A stretch of DNA of 29,327 nucleotides from a virus (lineage: Duplodnaviria > Caudoviricetes). The stretch is from the IMG/VR virus record IMGVR_UViG_3300020045_001744, positions 1 to 29,327 of that record. The stretch is one strand, 5' to 3'. The stretch's first letter is position 1; each line of letters starts with the position of its first letter. The position numbers and the translations under genes are program-made. Shown one piece after another: positions 6,735-16,069 of the stretch. Under the pieces are notes generated by a model. The model was not told the origin of the DNA. It was given only the letters and a program-made list of their open reading frames with translations, and did no database searches.

Positions 6735-7199
6735 TCACAGGCCGGACAGGCACAGTTCGCGCTCTGCCTTCCTCCGGTTCACAAGTCCCCTGACTTCGCG
6801 CCCGCCTGCTTTGATCCACATCAGCAGCGCCTCACATGCGCCCCGAAGATCGCCCGCCTTGGCCCGCCGCGACATGGTGGACTTGCAGAACGCATGAGAG
6901 CCGATGTTGTAGGCGGCGCTGATGAACGCGGCGCGGGTCGGGTCTGGCAGGGTTGCCGGAAGGCAGGGCCGGATTGCGGCCTCGAATTGCCCCACAGCCG
7001 CTGCCAGTTGGGTCTTGCACTCTGCCAGGGTGTAGCGGTCGCCCATCTTCACGCCGCGAGTTTCGCCGTAGCAGACGGTCGGGACACCCACGATATCGCG
7101 GTAGGCTTGGAGTTCGACCCCCTCCCACGGCGCGATGATGGCCGATGCCAGCAGGATTGCGCCACCCGCAGCGCCTGTAAGTTTGGCCTTGAACCCCAT
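6735..7199 (-). CDS. SAR endolysin, GH24 lysozyme (R21-like)
   Basis: Gly/Ala-rich weakly hydrophobic N-terminus (KAKLTGAAGGAILLASAII), catalytic E-X8-D-X5-T (WEG..YRD..VPT), YNIG, GLVNRR. True start at 7199 by TAATG coupling. Confidence 0.92.
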   Translation of the reverse strand: MGFKAKLTGAAGGAILLASAIIAPWEGVELQAYRDIVGVPTVCYGETRGVKMGDRYTLAECKTQLAAAVGQFEAAIRPCLPATLPDPTRAAFISAAYNIGSHAFCKSTMSRRAKAGDLRGACEALLMWIKAGGREVRGLVNRRKAERELCLSGL

Positions 7200-7441
7200 T
7201 ATCGTCTCCCGTTGTTGTCGATCATGGCCTTCATAATCGTGCCGACGTTCTCGCGGATTTCTTCCATGGCCTCCCGGTCCTCCGCGCGCAGCTTGTCGCG
7301 GTGCGCAATCTCGGACTTCATCAGGTTGACCTGTTCCTTGTTGGTGATCACTTCGCGGACCAGCCACGCGACCCCGGCAGCCAGAGCGGTCGTCACGGTC
7401 GTGACCAGCCAGAAAATAAATTCGTCAATTTTAGCCAGCAT
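7199..7441 (-). CDS. Putative holin (single N-terminal transmembrane helix plus coiled coil)
   Basis: Directly upstream of the endolysin; hydrophobic FIFWLVTTVTTALAAGVAWLV; TGATG coupling to the tailspike. Confidence 0.55.
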   Translation of the reverse strand: MLAKIDEFIFWLVTTVTTALAAGVAWLVREVITNKEQVNLMKSEIAHRDKLRAEDREAMEEIRENVGTIMKAMIDNNGRR

Positions 7442-10400
7442 CACATCGTGCCCCGGATTTTCAATTTCCAAGCCGTGCCGTTGTGTCGGAACGTCGCCGC
7501 TTGGTTGACGGCAAGGTTCGCCAGCGTCGTGGCGCTTGTCAGGTCGCGCACGACAAGGTTAAACGCCCCCGCGCCCGTGCGACTGACCGTCACCTCTGCG
7601 CTGGAGTAAGCATCAACTGACGATAGGTTGAAATTTCTATCCGCTGTCAGGGTGCCTGTGTGGTAGACCTGCGCGCCATCGGACACCAAGTGGTTGATCA
7701 CGGCATCCGTGGCAAAGATCACATCGCGGCTGGCCCCAACGCCTGACAACGGGCGAACGCCCACCAGCGTAAACGCGGTCCCGGTCCAACGGAATGTGGC
7801 CCGCTGCCCTGTGTAGACGATGGCGATAGATGCAGCCGAAAGCCCGTCACGCACGTTGGCCGCAAAACCGCCAGTGGTGCGGTTTTCATAGTGGATCAAC
7901 TCGCCAGCACTCATGCCGTCTGACAAAAGGTTGCGGGTTCGCGTAGCGGTCAGCGCCGCCGTATCAACGACAGTTCCCCTGCCCGCTACCGTTGATGTAA
8001 CGGTCGCATCAGACGAAATCGCAATCTGCCGCTTATCGCCCGCCCCTAGGTCGGTCATAAAGTCCGACCCGACGTAGGCCAGCTTGGATGCCACGCTTTC
8101 TTGGCTGTGGATTTCCGCGCTGTTGCCGTAGCTGTTGATGCCCGAAGTGTTGGCCGTGAAGTACAGCGGCTTGTTCATGCTGACAAAGCGGTTGCCGACC
8201 AGATCAGCGCTGGTCACATAATCCGCATGGATGCCGTAGGAATACCCCGTCACAGCGATAGCGTTGAAGATATTGTGCGTGATTTGGAACCCGAACGCAC
8301 GGTAAGCCGCGCCCGCCGTGGCAAACCCTTCGATCTTGACTGCGTAGGTGTTTGCCTCCCCAGATGTGCGCTTGATGGCAAAGTAGCAGCCATCGACGAT
8401 CAGGAACCGCATCCCACGGCAGACTACGTTTGCGTAGTTCGCGTTGAGGTGTGTGCCTGTGACCGTGAAATACACCTGCGTCGTGCCCGCAAGGTTGTCG
8501 ATCCTGACGCCTTGGTTGATTTCCTGCACGTTGCAGCCAAAGACCTTGCCGCCCTCCATAAACTCGCCTTCGGCCAAGATACCGTGGAAGGCCGCAAACA
8601 GGGACGAGTTGCTGATGATCGGGTTGATGCATGCCAGCCCGTTCCAGCTATCGGCCACAAGGATCGCGGCCTTGGTGAACCGGGCAGTCAACAGGTTGCC
8701 GTCCGGTGCCTGATACGGTTCAATCCCCGAATAGGCCACATTGTCCAGTTCGGCCAAGGCAAAGCCGCGCAGTTCGTAACCTACGTCAAAGGCTTTCAGG
8801 GTGAACGTAGAAGGTGTCCACGCGCCGTTGCGACCGATCACCACGTCCTCGATAACAGGTGCATCCGAAGTCCCTGTGGACTTGGTGCGCTCAAGGTAGA
8901 TCGCGCGTGCCTTCTCGGTGTCGCCGTCAAAGCGACAGGTAATCTTGCCCCCCTTGATGCGCGGCCCCCGGCCTACGCAAGACCCCATCCAGAAGATGAA
9001 CGCCTTGATGTTTGCAGTCGTGGCCGTGGTGAAGTTGCCACCACCAAGGATCACGCTTTCCGCCTGCGTCACCTGCTTGCCGTCGCTGTTGCGGAAATAC
9101 AGAGTTTGCTGCACAGCGCCGCCACCTAAAGCGCCTTCGGCCATGGTGATCGGATCGCCCGTGCTGGACTTCCAATAGCTGACAGTCTGCGTATCGACGC
9201 TCCACGAGTGCAGATCAACGGCAGGGTTGGTCATGCGCAGCAACGGCGGGTAGAGGTCAGGCCAGACCAGAGAGCCGTTGAAGTGAATGACCCCCGTGCC
9301 CAGTTGCGGAATAACAATGGTCTTGCCCGGATTGGCGTTGATCAGGGCTTGCAGGTAGTTCTTGTTTGCCGTCCGGGTGCCAGTAGCGTTTTCGTCAGGC
9401 ACCAGCATCCAAGCGATGACTTCCTCTGCCGCGTCCCGGCCATACAGCGGGGTATTGGCCGCGAATACCCGCTTGTCAGATGCCGCCGCATAGGCAGGCT
9501 CAATCGCAAAAGCCCCGGTCAGGTTATACGCCATGTTCCCAGAGACGATAAATTCGTCAATCGCAGCACTCGTCACCGACAGGAAGTTCGTCACCCCCGG
9601 CGTTTCGTTCCGCTCCGCAAACCCGCTGGTGTTGTCCGCAATCTTGAAGCGGTTCGACCCCATCTTGATCGCCGCTGGCACATCATCCCCGCCCGCAGGA
9701 ATGGCCTCGCGGAAGCTGCACCCGTTGATGTTCACATCGTCCAGGACGTCCGTCCCCGGTTTCACGGTTTCGACCGCCGACTGGTCCCGCATTGTCCACA
9801 GGCACCCGTTGAAATGGAACCCGCGCATCATCGCAAAGCCGTTGGAAGATCCCTGCGAGATGTAAACCGACCGACCGCCCGAGCCGTCGTCAATGCCATC
9901 ATCCCCGCCCGTGTCAGAGCGGCAGTTCGTGAAGAAGATGTTCTGCACCTTCCAGAAATCATCCTCGGTGGCCTCGTTCGCCGCCGTCTGTTCGATCCAG
10001 ACCGCAGCGCCATCCTTGCCCGTCTTATCCATCACCAGTTCGTTGAACCAAGCGTTCACAAACGTCCCTCGGTCGGCGTTGACGAACATGCCATATTGCG
10101 ACCCAGCCCGCGTCCAAGCCGTGACCTTGTTCCAGTTGATCGTATCGCAGATGCCAATGGGGCTGAAATCAAACGTCGGCACGGTGCGGTAATCATCGCC
10201 CGACCCGTACACCACCACATCGTCAAACAGCAGGCCTGAGAACCGTTGAAACCGCATGATCCGGTGATTAAGATTGTCGCGCCAGCTACCCCGCACATCG
10301 CGCATGCGCATCCGCGCAGATGCCAGCGTCGGCCCCACATCAAGGACGCCCGCCACATCATCCGCGCGAATATCCTCAATCACCACATCAGCCGCGCCAT

Positions 10401-10860
10401 CCACGACCATCGCATAACCCGCAAGGCTTGGCCCCACGTTCTGGTGCAGGAACCGAAAGCCCCCCATTGCAATCCGCGCGATGCCAGCCGCCCCCGTGCC
10501 GATGCGCACAAAGTTGCTGTTGTTCGAAGTTGACGACTGCGTGAATTGCGTCACCTCTCGCCCCGAGCCAACGAACGCGCTGTCAGATCGCGTCATCGTC
10601 GGCAGGGGCGCGCCGATGTTGAAGTTACCCGCTCCTGCCATCAGCACCCGCCGCGAGGCACCATTCAGCCATGCGAAGGCATCCACCAGCGCCGCGTCGT
10701 TTTCAGCCGCAGAATTTGCAGGGTCCGCGCCGTATTGCTCGATATACATGCTGTTGAATTGGTTGTCCTGCACAGCCGCCCGCACACGGTCCAGAATGGA
10801 CAGCATCTGCACAGTTGGCGCTTCGGCCAGAACCTCAATTACGGGGGCAAAAACTGTCAT
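7441..10860 (-). CDS. Large tailspike/depolymerase with two right-handed beta-helix domains
   Basis: Two pectate-lyase-3-like N-caps (IEQYGADP..NDAAL..A and ..NATGTRTAN..LQALINA..GKTIVIP), beta-helix-type N/G/I periodicity, duplicated C-terminal module. Start MTVFAP overlaps the upstream TGA. Confidence 0.8.
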   Translation of the reverse strand: MTVFAPVIEVLAEAPTVQMLSILDRVRAAVQDNQFNSMYIEQYGADPANSAAENDAALVDAFAWLNGASRRVLMAGAGNFNIGAPLPTMTRSDSAFVGSGREVTQFTQSSTSNNSNFVRIGTGAAGIARIAMGGFRFLHQNVGPSLAGYAMVVDGAADVVIEDIRADDVAGVLDVGPTLASARMRMRDVRGSWRDNLNHRIMRFQRFSGLLFDDVVVYGSGDDYRTVPTFDFSPIGICDTINWNKVTAWTRAGSQYGMFVNADRGTFVNAWFNELVMDKTGKDGAAVWIEQTAANEATEDDFWKVQNIFFTNCRSDTGGDDGIDDGSGGRSVYISQGSSNGFAMMRGFHFNGCLWTMRDQSAVETVKPGTDVLDDVNINGCSFREAIPAGGDDVPAAIKMGSNRFKIADNTSGFAERNETPGVTNFLSVTSAAIDEFIVSGNMAYNLTGAFAIEPAYAAASDKRVFAANTPLYGRDAAEEVIAWMLVPDENATGTRTANKNYLQALINANPGKTIVIPQLGTGVIHFNGSLVWPDLYPPLLRMTNPAVDLHSWSVDTQTVSYWKSSTGDPITMAEGALGGGAVQQTLYFRNSDGKQVTQAESVILGGGNFTTATTANIKAFIFWMGSCVGRGPRIKGGKITCRFDGDTEKARAIYLERTKSTGTSDAPVIEDVVIGRNGAWTPSTFTLKAFDVGYELRGFALAELDNVAYSGIEPYQAPDGNLLTARFTKAAILVADSWNGLACINPIISNSSLFAAFHGILAEGEFMEGGKVFGCNVQEINQGVRIDNLAGTTQVYFTVTGTHLNANYANVVCRGMRFLIVDGCYFAIKRTSGEANTYAVKIEGFATAGAAYRAFGFQITHNIFNAIAVTGYSYGIHADYVTSADLVGNRFVSMNKPLYFTANTSGINSYGNSAEIHSQESVASKLAYVGSDFMTDLGAGDKRQIAISSDATVTSTVAGRGTVVDTAALTATRTRNLLSDGMSAGELIHYENRTTGGFAANVRDGLSAASIAIVYTGQRATFRWTGTAFTLVGVRPLSGVGASRDVIFATDAVINHLVSDGAQVYHTGTLTADRNFNLSSVDAYSSAEVTVSRTGAGAFNLVVRDLTSATTLANLAVNQAATFRHNGTAWKLKIRGTM
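7460..8035 (-). repeat. Duplicated ~90-aa C-terminal module within the tailspike
   Basis: ..TAALTATRTRNL..GGFAANVRD.LSAASIA....QRATFRWTGTAF versus ..TGTLTADRNFNL..GAFNLVVRDLTSATTLA....QAATFRHNGTAW. Boundaries approximate. Confidence 0.75.
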
Positions 10861-11210
10861 GCTGTCAGGTTCCTGAATATAAGGGCCGCGCCCTGCCATT
10901 TTTCAGACAGCGCCGCTTCGGGTGCCGTCAAGTCGATCTGATATGCGCCCGCCAGCAGCCCGCATAGCGCGCGGCCATCGGTGAAGGTCGCGGTTGTCGT
11001 AGCCGGGATGGAAAGGGCAATCTCGCCCAACTCACTCAGGACAAGCGCCTGCGTGTGGACAATCGCCCGGTGTTCATCGAACAGCGAAAACACCCCAGAC
11101 CAATCGGTCAAGTCAACGTATTCGTTGGCGTACCTGTCGCGCATCCGCCAGTTCGGGTTGCACTCTAGGCCCTGCGTGATGGAGATGGGGGGGACAACGA
11201 CAACCTGCAT
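10857..11210 (-). CDS. Small tailspike adaptor (BppU-N-like Ig fold)
   Basis: ISITQG..VDLTDWSG..GEIALSIPATTT..YQIDL..WQG pattern; lies between the fibre and the spike. Confidence 0.55.
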   Translation of the reverse strand: MQVVVVPPISITQGLECNPNWRMRDRYANEYVDLTDWSGVFSLFDEHRAIVHTQALVLSELGEIALSIPATTTATFTDGRALCGLLAGAYQIDLTAPEAALSEKWQGAALIFRNLTA

Positions 11211-12379
11211 TACACCCTCCACAGTTCAACGGTCAAATAGGTTTCCACCCCGAAGCTGGTCGGAACACCCATGCCGCTGCCAGCCTGCGTGTTTGCCCCG
11301 CGTTGCCGGATTTCCAGCGCCTTGGCCGCAGCAATCGTGAATACAGCCGTCAGTGTGACGCCGTTGGTATCCGACACCCCCAAGATGCTGTTGCTGTCCC
11401 CGCGCGCAAGGGCCGCGCTGTCGGTCGCGTTCCACAGGATCAGTTGGTTCAGGCCGATATTGAACGACTGCGCCAGCGCCTTGATGTAGTATGTCCCCGC
11501 CGCCAAGGTGAATTGGTTGCTGGCCACAGTGCAGATGTTGAAAACGTCCCGGACTTCGGTGTTCACAGGCCGTATCTGATCCGACCCTGATGTAAAGCCA
11601 CCGCCGCTCGTGCCTGACGCAAGCTGGTGCTGCAAGATCACATCAGGCGGTCCAGATGCCCCCCAGACCACGCCAGCCGCCGCGACACGGGGGGATTGAC
11701 CGATGCTGCCAATCGGATAAGGCGTCAAAACAGGCTCGTGCCACGTTCCAAACGCCGCCGCGTAATGCCGCGTCACAGACTTTGGCGACCCCGCGTAATA
11801 CATCACCTGCACAAACCGCGTTGAAGTCTGGCGGATGATCTGCACCACGCCAAAGTCAACGCCGGTGGTGCCAGCCGGAAACGTGCCAAGGGTGGTGTTA
11901 TTAACCCGATACCACCCGCTTGCCGTGGTAGCGTCGTCAATGCTCGTCAGGATAACCACCGCCCCGGTTTCGCCGATGCCGTAGAGTTGCAGATTGCCCG
12001 TGATGTTTTCCTGCACACGGTCGATGGCGTCTTGCACGTTGGTGACAGGCACATCAACCGAAGCCGTAAAGTTGATATCCTCAGCCACCAAGCCCGCCAG
12101 CGACGACCGCGCCACGGGATCAATCGGAAACCCCGGCAACAGCGTCCCGAATGTATCCCGCACTTCCAGCTTCAACGCAACGCTTGAGTAGACCGCAGGC
12201 AGAACCCCCCGGCTATCGGCGTTGACCGTGGTGCCATAGGGGATCGTTTCGGCGTCGTCCTGATACACGATCTGCGGCGTTGTGGTGCCCGACAGAAAGA
12301 ACGATGCCACCGCACCGGGCACCGGATCGCCGTTCCAGTCGGTCGGCCTGTTCGCCATGGTGCTGATAAGTTCGGTCAT
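11210..12379 (-). CDS. Tail fibre protein with podoviral virion-attachment N-terminal domain
   Basis: N-terminal DWNGDPVPGA..FFLSGTTTP..VYQD..ADSRG anchor motif; knob-like SGWYRV..FVQ..TW segment; beta-sandwich C-terminus (FTLAAGTYYI). Confidence 0.7.
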   Translation of the reverse strand: MTELISTMANRPTDWNGDPVPGAVASFFLSGTTTPQIVYQDDAETIPYGTTVNADSRGVLPAVYSSVALKLEVRDTFGTLLPGFPIDPVARSSLAGLVAEDINFTASVDVPVTNVQDAIDRVQENITGNLQLYGIGETGAVVILTSIDDATTASGWYRVNNTTLGTFPAGTTGVDFGVVQIIRQTSTRFVQVMYYAGSPKSVTRHYAAAFGTWHEPVLTPYPIGSIGQSPRVAAAGVVWGASGPPDVILQHQLASGTSGGGFTSGSDQIRPVNTEVRDVFNICTVASNQFTLAAGTYYIKALAQSFNIGLNQLILWNATDSAALARGDSNSILGVSDTNGVTLTAVFTIAAAKALEIRQRGANTQAGSGMGVPTSFGVETYLTVELWRV

Positions 12380-12386
12380 GCTGTCC

Positions 12387-14192
12387 TCACTGTGCCGTCA
12401 GGCCGGGAATGATGCTCAGAGCGTTGGGGGCAAACACAGGGCCACCCGGTGCCACAAGCTGATTGGATAGGTAATTCTGCATAGGCCGTGTCATGCGAGC
12501 CGCGTTGATGGCAGCCGGGGCCAGCATGCCAGCGATAGCACCGACAGGGCCTCCGACCGCAGCACCACCCGCCCCGCCAAGCATGGCCGACATGCCGGGG
12601 ATATTGCGCACCCCACCTGCAGACACCGCAGGCAGCGGCTTGATCACAGCCTCCCCGGCTCGTGCCAGCGCGCCAAGATCGCCACGCCTGCCGCGCGCCA
12701 TTGCCGCCCGCCCTTGATTTGTCAGTTCATTGCGCAAAGACGACGGCGAGATAATGCCCAGAGCCATGTTTTCGCCTGCGCGCGATGCCGCTTTTTGGAT
12801 GGCAAGGAAGTTGCGCCATTGGCTGCGGGCTGTTGCCAGTTTTGCCACATCATCCGCGCGCCCCAAGCCGACAAGCGCCGTGTTCATCGCGTTGTCGATG
12901 GCATCTAGCGCCGCCACAGCGGCATCACGCGTGGCCGTGTCAGGGTTTGCCGTCAGCTTGGACAGGCTCGACCGCCATGTGCCCAACGTGCCTGCCGGGA
13001 TTGGATTGCCCGACCGAAACGCCTGCACCATTTCACGGTTGATGTTGCCCAAAAGCGGGACGTTGGTGTTCTTGGGCGCGAGGCTGCGATAGGTTGCAAG
13101 AGCCGTTGCAAGATCACCCAAAACAGCCGCATCCGGCGTCACGTCAACGCCCGCCATAACCGCGTCAAAGTCCTTGCCAATCCGCTGCGCTGTAGCCTCT
13201 AACGCCTCTGGCGTGGCGCGGGTTGCGTCAGTGCCAACCACCTTCAGCGCCGCCGCCGTGAAGGCATCCGCCTGTTCATCCATGACCGCTTGCCCGCGCG
13301 ACGTGCCGCCCTCGGCCTTGCGCAAGCCCACAGACCCCGTGCGCTGTCCCGCCGTCATGGGAACGCCAAAGTCATCCAGCACTTGCGCCATTTTCAGCCG
13401 CTCGGGATCAACACCGCCATTTGGCGACACAATCGCCCGACCCGCCTTGTTCAGTGCATTGATGCCCAAGGGCGTTGCAATTGCCGCAGCCAAGCGCGCG
13501 TAGGGTTCGGCCTTGGTGCCTTTGGTCGCCTGACCTGCCGCCTCGGATGCCAGCGCAGGGGCCACACCGTATTTGATCACGCCGCCGATGCCACCGCCGC
13601 CTAACGCCGCACCGGGCAGAAATTCCCCGACCGTGCTGGCGTATTCGCCTGCCGTGGTTTTGGGCTGGTATTCCGAAGCGCCCCCACTGGCAACCGCCAT
13701 GCCTTGTGCCGCCGTGGTGCCCGTGCCCATGGGCATCATGCCATAGGACCGCCGCGCAGATGCCGCGACCTCTGGCGAGAACCCCACCATTTCCAGACCG
13801 CTTTGCACCACACCGCCTGCCGCATTCATCGCCTGCCCCGGCAAGTCCACCAAAGCCGCGCCGCCGCGCAGCAGGCCAGAGCCGAAAGACTTCGCTACAT
13901 CGCTGCCCGTGCCGCCTTGTCCAGACGCATCCCCCGCCACGAAACGACGCGGCAAGATGCCCTGATCCGTCAATTCTCGCATGGCCGTTGGACCACCAAC
14001 GCCGGGGCCATTCTCTTGCGGCACGGGGTTTGCAGGCATGCCCATGGCAGGCACGGCTTGCGACGCCACAGGGGCCGCGCTGGGGGGCTGTTGCGCCGCC
14101 CTTGCCATAGCCGCCAGACGCTTTGCCGACACAGCGTCACCCGCCGCGTGGGCGTTGCGCAGGGCTTTCATGATCTGGTCATAGTCTGCCAT
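12387..14192 (-). CDS. Internal virion / DNA ejection protein
   Basis: 601 aa, Ala/Gly-rich and helical, N-terminal ALRNAHAAGD..AKRLA motif, located in the ejection-gene block. Confidence 0.65.
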   Translation of the reverse strand: MADYDQIMKALRNAHAAGDAVSAKRLAAMARAAQQPPSAAPVASQAVPAMGMPANPVPQENGPGVGGPTAMRELTDQGILPRRFVAGDASGQGGTGSDVAKSFGSGLLRGGAALVDLPGQAMNAAGGVVQSGLEMVGFSPEVAASARRSYGMMPMGTGTTAAQGMAVASGGASEYQPKTTAGEYASTVGEFLPGAALGGGGIGGVIKYGVAPALASEAAGQATKGTKAEPYARLAAAIATPLGINALNKAGRAIVSPNGGVDPERLKMAQVLDDFGVPMTAGQRTGSVGLRKAEGGTSRGQAVMDEQADAFTAAALKVVGTDATRATPEALEATAQRIGKDFDAVMAGVDVTPDAAVLGDLATALATYRSLAPKNTNVPLLGNINREMVQAFRSGNPIPAGTLGTWRSSLSKLTANPDTATRDAAVAALDAIDNAMNTALVGLGRADDVAKLATARSQWRNFLAIQKAASRAGENMALGIISPSSLRNELTNQGRAAMARGRRGDLGALARAGEAVIKPLPAVSAGGVRNIPGMSAMLGGAGGAAVGGPVGAIAGMLAPAAINAARMTRPMQNYLSNQLVAPGGPVFAPNALSIIPGLTAQ

Positions 14193-14193
14193 T

Positions 14194-15444
14194 TCAGCCC
14201 CCGTACATCTTCAACAGGTCGTCGTCAGACATAGCCGCAGGATCGCTTGGCGCAGCGGGGGGCGGTGGGGCTGCACCTGCCGCAATCTGCGCGATGGTCG
14301 CGGCATCTGCGCGGGCCGTGGCTTCAAGCTGCGCGGCACTCATGCCGGATTTGATAGCCTCAACAGCCCGGATGCGGCTTTTCGCCTTAGCCGCCTGAAC
14401 AGCGGCATTATCGCCCGGTTGCGGCAAGTATGTTTGGCCGTATAGCGCTTCTTCGTCGGACGTGATTGCGGCCCCCGTGTCCTTGCGCAAGATCGCCTGC
14501 AGGAACTCGCGCCCCGCCTGCGTAGCTTTCTGAAAATCGTCAGACTGCACCGCGCCCCGCACAACTCCTGTTGGGTCATATTCAAGCCCGCGCTCAACAA
14601 CGCTGGTCAGCGCCCCGGCAATTGGGGTCAGGCTGCGCAAAGCACCCTCAGCCCGCGTGACGTACACGTTGTCCTTGCTTTGTCCCTCGGTGAACTTGGT
14701 TGTGGAACCCGCAGGCCCGCGCATCATGATCGGCTTGCCATCAGGGCCAAACACAGTTTCCTCTTGTCCCGGCGCTTCGCCAATGACCTTTGGCCCGCCC
14801 TCTGCGCCAAGATCATAAAGCTGATTGCCAACGACCTTGAACCGCTCATTCGGCGAGATCGTGTCCTGCTTGGGCGTCATCACTTCTTTGTAGGTTTTCA
14901 GCGCATCTAGAACGCCCGTATATTCAGCAATCGCGCTTGGGAAAGCCTCAATCGTGAATTGGTTTGGGTCCAGACCCTGCGCCTGCACATAGGCCGCAAA
15001 GCCTGCCTTATCGCCCTTTTCAAAGAACGGAATAGCCCCGCGCAAGCCCGTTTCGATCTTCTGTGCAGCCGCAGCCCGATCTGCCGCAGACATGGCCGCG
15101 ACTTGCGCCTTGGCAGCCTCTGCCGCCGCGCGCCGCTTCATCTGCATTTCCTCGCGGTCAAACGCCATATTCTGCCGCGTCTGATCCATGCCAAGGCGTG
15201 CCTGTTGGTTGCCAAGCAGGTTGGATTGCGCGGCCATAGCAGCCTCAGGCGACAACCCTGCCAGCGCGTTCAACGCCCCTTGATCGCCAGCCAAGATGCC
15301 AGCGCCTTGCGTCTGGTACAGCCCCGCCAGCGCGTTTTCACGCTGCCCGCGCATCGCCTGCATGCCAGCCTCTTGCCCGCGCGCCATTGAGCCGATCACG
15401 TCGGGGGCTTGGCCTGCCAGAATGATATTCGGGTTAAGTGCCAT
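14194..15444 (-). CDS. Internal virion / DNA ejection protein
   Basis: MALNPNII start after GAGG RBS; Q/A-rich helical sequence; LRKDTGAAI motif. Confidence 0.65.
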   Translation of the reverse strand: MALNPNIILAGQAPDVIGSMARGQEAGMQAMRGQRENALAGLYQTQGAGILAGDQGALNALAGLSPEAAMAAQSNLLGNQQARLGMDQTRQNMAFDREEMQMKRRAAAEAAKAQVAAMSAADRAAAAQKIETGLRGAIPFFEKGDKAGFAAYVQAQGLDPNQFTIEAFPSAIAEYTGVLDALKTYKEVMTPKQDTISPNERFKVVGNQLYDLGAEGGPKVIGEAPGQEETVFGPDGKPIMMRGPAGSTTKFTEGQSKDNVYVTRAEGALRSLTPIAGALTSVVERGLEYDPTGVVRGAVQSDDFQKATQAGREFLQAILRKDTGAAITSDEEALYGQTYLPQPGDNAAVQAAKAKSRIRAVEAIKSGMSAAQLEATARADAATIAQIAAGAAPPPPAAPSDPAAMSDDDLLKMYGG

Positions 15445-15451
15445 GATGCCC

Positions 15452-16066
15452 TCAGGTGTACGGTATGAACGGTAGCGCATTGCGGCGCTGCATGAAAGCG
15501 GCGGGGTCTTGCGCGATGGATTGCGGCGTCCACGGCTGTTGCACGGGCGCTTGAGCTAAGGCGTTTTGCGGCATTGGCTGGCCCTGTGGGGCCGCAAGGG
15601 CGTTTTGTGCCACAGCCTCTTGCGGGGCCAGCTTGCCACCAAGCAACGCAAGCGCCTTGGCTTGATGCGCTGCCATCTGGTTATTCACCTTGTCGGCCAC
15701 ATTTCCCGGCGCGCCGCCGTTGTTTGCGTCCGAAGCGTTATAGCGCCCCGGCCCGCCCGCGTTGACGATGCTATAAGCATCCAGCCGACCCATGCCGGGT
15801 TTCCACCCATTCTGCCGGAAATAGCGCGCCACAGCCCCATCAGGGCCAAGCTGCGACCCTATCGGATCGTCCCAATTCACGCCATATTCACGCGCCTGCG
15901 GTTCGCCAAACTGGATCAAGCCGCGATGCTGGCCCCATTGCGTCGTCGGACCGCGCTTTGTCGGGTCAAACGTGCCTGCGGTTTCATAGCTGATGATCGT
16001 TGCCAAATCCACCGGGTCCATGCCCAGAGCCGAAGCTGTTTCAACAATGCCCTGCGCAATGTCCAT
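15452..16066 (-). CDS. Virion-associated lytic transglycosylase (lysozyme-like fold)
   Basis: LATIISYETAGTF (catalytic Glu candidate), GLIQF motif, Q/P/A low-complexity tail. Confidence 0.7.
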   Translation of the reverse strand: MDIAQGIVETASALGMDPVDLATIISYETAGTFDPTKRGPTTQWGQHRGLIQFGEPQAREYGVNWDDPIGSQLGPDGAVARYFRQNGWKPGMGRLDAYSIVNAGGPGRYNASDANNGGAPGNVADKVNNQMAAHQAKALALLGGKLAPQEAVAQNALAAPQGQPMPQNALAQAPVQQPWTPQSIAQDPAAFMQRRNALPFIPYT

Positions 16067-16069
16067 CAA

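Noticed and set aside
7200-7367. N-terminal extension of the endolysin ORF to 7367
   Set aside because: It overlaps the holin gene. A SAR domain must be N-terminal, and ATG7199 has GGAGA upstream and TAATG coupling.
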